NCBI GenBank assembly: GCA_024679065.1
Contig: JAGIQG010000004.1
Location: forward strand, 70,680,001-70,744,000
Direction of reading: 5' to 3'
Source: Sphyrna mokarran
Lineage: Eukaryota
DNA length: 64,000 bases
The position numbers and the translations under genes were made by a program. The notes beneath the pieces are model-generated. The model was not told where the DNA came from. It did not search any database and saw only the letters and a list, made by a program, of their open reading frames with translations. The first letter of the stretch is position 1; each line of letters begins with the position of its first letter. This document shows, in pieces, positions 61,328 through 64,000 of the stretch.

Positions 61328-62010
61328 ATGTTTGCTGACAATACATGATTCTACAAGGAATGCAGAAATTTAGCATGCAGGTAGAGCAATCAATTAGGAA
61401 GGCAAATTGCCTTTACCGCAACCATATTGGAATACAAGAATTAATAAATATGATCACATATGGACAGGTTTTTGGTGAAGTCACAATTGAAATATTGTGT
61501 GCAGTTTTGGTTGCCATATTTGAGGATGGATATACTTGCTCTGGTGGCAATACACAAAAAGTTCAATAAATTAGTGCCTGGGTATGAAAGGTTTGTCCTA
61601 TGATGACGGGCTGGGTAAATTGTGCTAATAATCTCTGGAGTTTAATGAATGAATGGGGATCTTATTGAAACATACAATACTGTGCTGAAACATTGTTTCC
61701 ATTTGTTGGAGATATAAAACATGGGGGTAAAGTCTCAGGTTAGGAGAGTAATCATTTAGAACTGAGATGAGAAGAAATGTTTTTATTCAAAAGGTTATGA
61801 ATCTTTGGAATTCTCTGTCCCAGAGAACTGTGGGATACTCTATATGCTTAATACAGAGATCAATAGATTCTTAGATACCAAAGAAATTAAGGGATATGGA
61901 AATAATGCAGGAAAATGTGTTTAAAGTGGAAGCTCATCTGTGAGCTTGCTGAAGTGTGGAGCAGACTCAAAGGATAGAATGTCATATTCCTGCATCTATA
62001 TCTTTTGATT
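61328..62010 (+). mobile_element. CR1 3' part, very degenerate
   Basis: FAD.T-like ATGTTTGCTGACAATACA, TATTGTGTGCAGTTTTGG, GGGGATCTTATTGAAACATAC, AATCTTTGGAATTCTCT. Confidence 0.75.
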
Positions 62011-62019
62011 TTGGATTTC

Positions 62020-62795
62020 CGTGTGTCAGAACATGCATTTGTATTTGTGTGTCTGAATCTCTTTATATTCCTGATTGTATGAGTATCTGTGTTTGCTTAT
62101 GTGTCTGTGTGTAGGTTTGTGTATATGCATCTGAGTGTCTGTGTCATTATATATGTTTATATGTATTTTTGTGTGTATGTATATATCTATATGTATCTTT
62201 GTGTGTCTATATGTGTGCATGTATCTGTGTGTGTATATTTGTTTCTGTGCATTTGTATTTGTGACTGTTTCTGCCTATATTTGTGCGTTATGTCTATCTA
62301 GCTGTGCATCTGTTTGCCTGAGTTTGAATGCATTTTCATGTTTGCACATCTTGCCTCTGTGTTTATTTGCATATCTGCTTTTGTGTATGTATATGTATGT
62401 ATATGTCTATGTCTGCCTGTGTGTGTATATGTATGCATTATGTATGTCTGTGCACCTATTTCTGTATCTATGTCTATCTGTATATGTATATGCCTGTCTA
62501 AGCATGTATGTGTGTTATGCATCTTTGTGTATGTATGAACATGCATGCATGTATCTGTGAATGATGTATATCTATGTATCTGTATATGTGTGGGTGTGTG
62601 TTAGTGTATGCATGTGGGTTGTGCATGCATGCATCTCTGTGTATGTGTGCTTCTATATATCTGTGTTGTTGTGTGTGTTTGTATATCTATGTGCGTGTTT
62701 GTATATCTATGTGTGTGTGTGTAATGTGTATATGTATCTGTGTTTGTGTTGTATTGAGATGTGTGTGTGTGTGAACATGTTTGTGTGTGTATCTG
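62020..62795. repeat. Degenerate (TG)/(TA) simple-repeat tract
   Basis: About 770 bp of alternating purine/pyrimidine low-complexity sequence. Confidence 0.95.
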
Positions 62796-63235
62796 CAAGG
62801 TTCGATGGGGACAAACTTTTCTTTTGCTTAAGGCTTATTGATAATAAGCTTACTCTGTCTAAGCCTGTGGGCATATCTAAGCCAAATAACAAATGTTTAG
62901 ATCACTTCTACTTCCTAGTGACTTAAAGACCTGTTGCTTTGTATGGTGCTTGATGTTTCACTCTGGTAACAGCCTGACTGCTGGAGACAAAATAGCAACT
63001 TGAAGATAAATATTTTAGCGCGGTCATTATTGGACTCCATTTCTATTATTCATCCCGAATTATCCCGTCCCAATAATGGCCCCCTTTTTCTATTCGTCTT
63101 ACTTGTGAACTGACTTGTTGTAAAATTAAATCCACGTTCCCTTTACTGAATTAATTTATTGAAGGTCTTGGGTTCATTTTGACTTTTATGATTGTCGATA
63201 ATGGGTGACATTTGATCAGCAGTTGATTACGCCTC

Positions 63236-63538
63236 CTATCTGTTATGCCTCCTGTCTGTTATTCTCCCTGTTTGTTATTCTCCATGTCTGTTATGCCCCC
63301 TGGACTTAAGGTCCCTGTCTGTCACATGCCCTGTCTGACACATGTCCTGTCTATCACATCCCCCTGTCTGTCATGTCTCCTGTTTATCAAGCTCCCTGCC
63401 AGACACATGTGTCCTGTCTAACAGAGGCCCCCTACCTGGCACATGCCCCCTGCCTAGCATATGCTCCCTGCCTGTCACACACTCCCTGCCTAGCACACAC
63501 CACCAGACTGGCGCATGTCCCCTACCTGTTACATGTCC
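63236..63538. repeat. 16-18-bp minisatellite (CTGTCTGTCACATGCC-like)
   Basis: About 18 degenerate tandem units. Confidence 0.8.
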
Positions 63539-64000
63539 TTGGGGAATGGAAGAGCATTGTGTGATTATTCGGGACAGCTAGCCCTGATTGTGAATTATGA
63601 TGGCCCAGAGAATTAATGGAAAAGTATTAGCTCTAGGAACATCCCAGACTGCATTGCCAGCCCCGATCGCATTCCCAGCTTGATATGGCAGAAATCTGAT
63701 GCATATTCAAAACCACAAAGTTTAATATAAATAACAGGCTTGCAACCTGAGATAAATAGCCCTCACTATTCACCCTCCTCCCCAGTGGAATCAGCAATTG
63801 ATGGATTTTAATATAAGTCCTTATAAGCAAGGACCCAGCATGTTGGACCCGGAGCGTTGAGGAAGCACCATCAACACCTCAATAATGAGAGGCACCTTCC
63901 ACCCCAACTCTGGCCCCTTTCCCCCTCAGATCCCCCACTTAACCTCCCTTCAGGCCAAGAACCTTGGAAGTACCAACAGTGCACTTCTCCCTGGCACTCT

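Noticed and set aside
62026-62926. Cys/Val/Tyr-rich and His/Thr-rich ORFs (also 30284-30981)
   Set aside because: They are translations of TG/TA simple repeats.

Overview
This is eukaryotic, AT-rich, CpG-depleted vertebrate DNA. It is very probably elasmobranch (shark), inferred from the repeat content: HE1-type SINEs, Deu-domain SINEs, several CR1/HER1-type LINE subfamilies, Rex1/Babar, L2, Penelope/Neptune elements and Harbinger-like MITEs. Family names come from my recall of consensus features, not from a database search. The window reads as an intron or gene desert made largely of nested transposon fossils. I found no recognisable host protein-coding gene, rRNA, true tRNA or CRISPR array. 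Only two ORFs are clearly protein-derived and largely intact: a young 5'-truncated CR1 reverse transcriptase (48658-50685, minus) and a Penelope/Neptune GIY-YIG endonuclease (27684-28202, plus). The best-supported observations are: (1) the Penelope insertion inside a CR1 has a 13-bp TSD and a near-intact minimal hammerhead ribozyme, whose stem I covaries in two decayed sister copies; (2) two independent ~100-bp locally templated insertions (8580/10297 and 44211/44956); (3) a 250-bp solo-LTR-like insertion with 11-bp TIRs and a 6-bp TSD; (4) MITE families with 3-bp TSDs; (5) a few non-repeat, CNE-like blocks. I cannot support a genuinely new biological system from this sequence alone. Boundaries of old elements are approximate (tens of bp).
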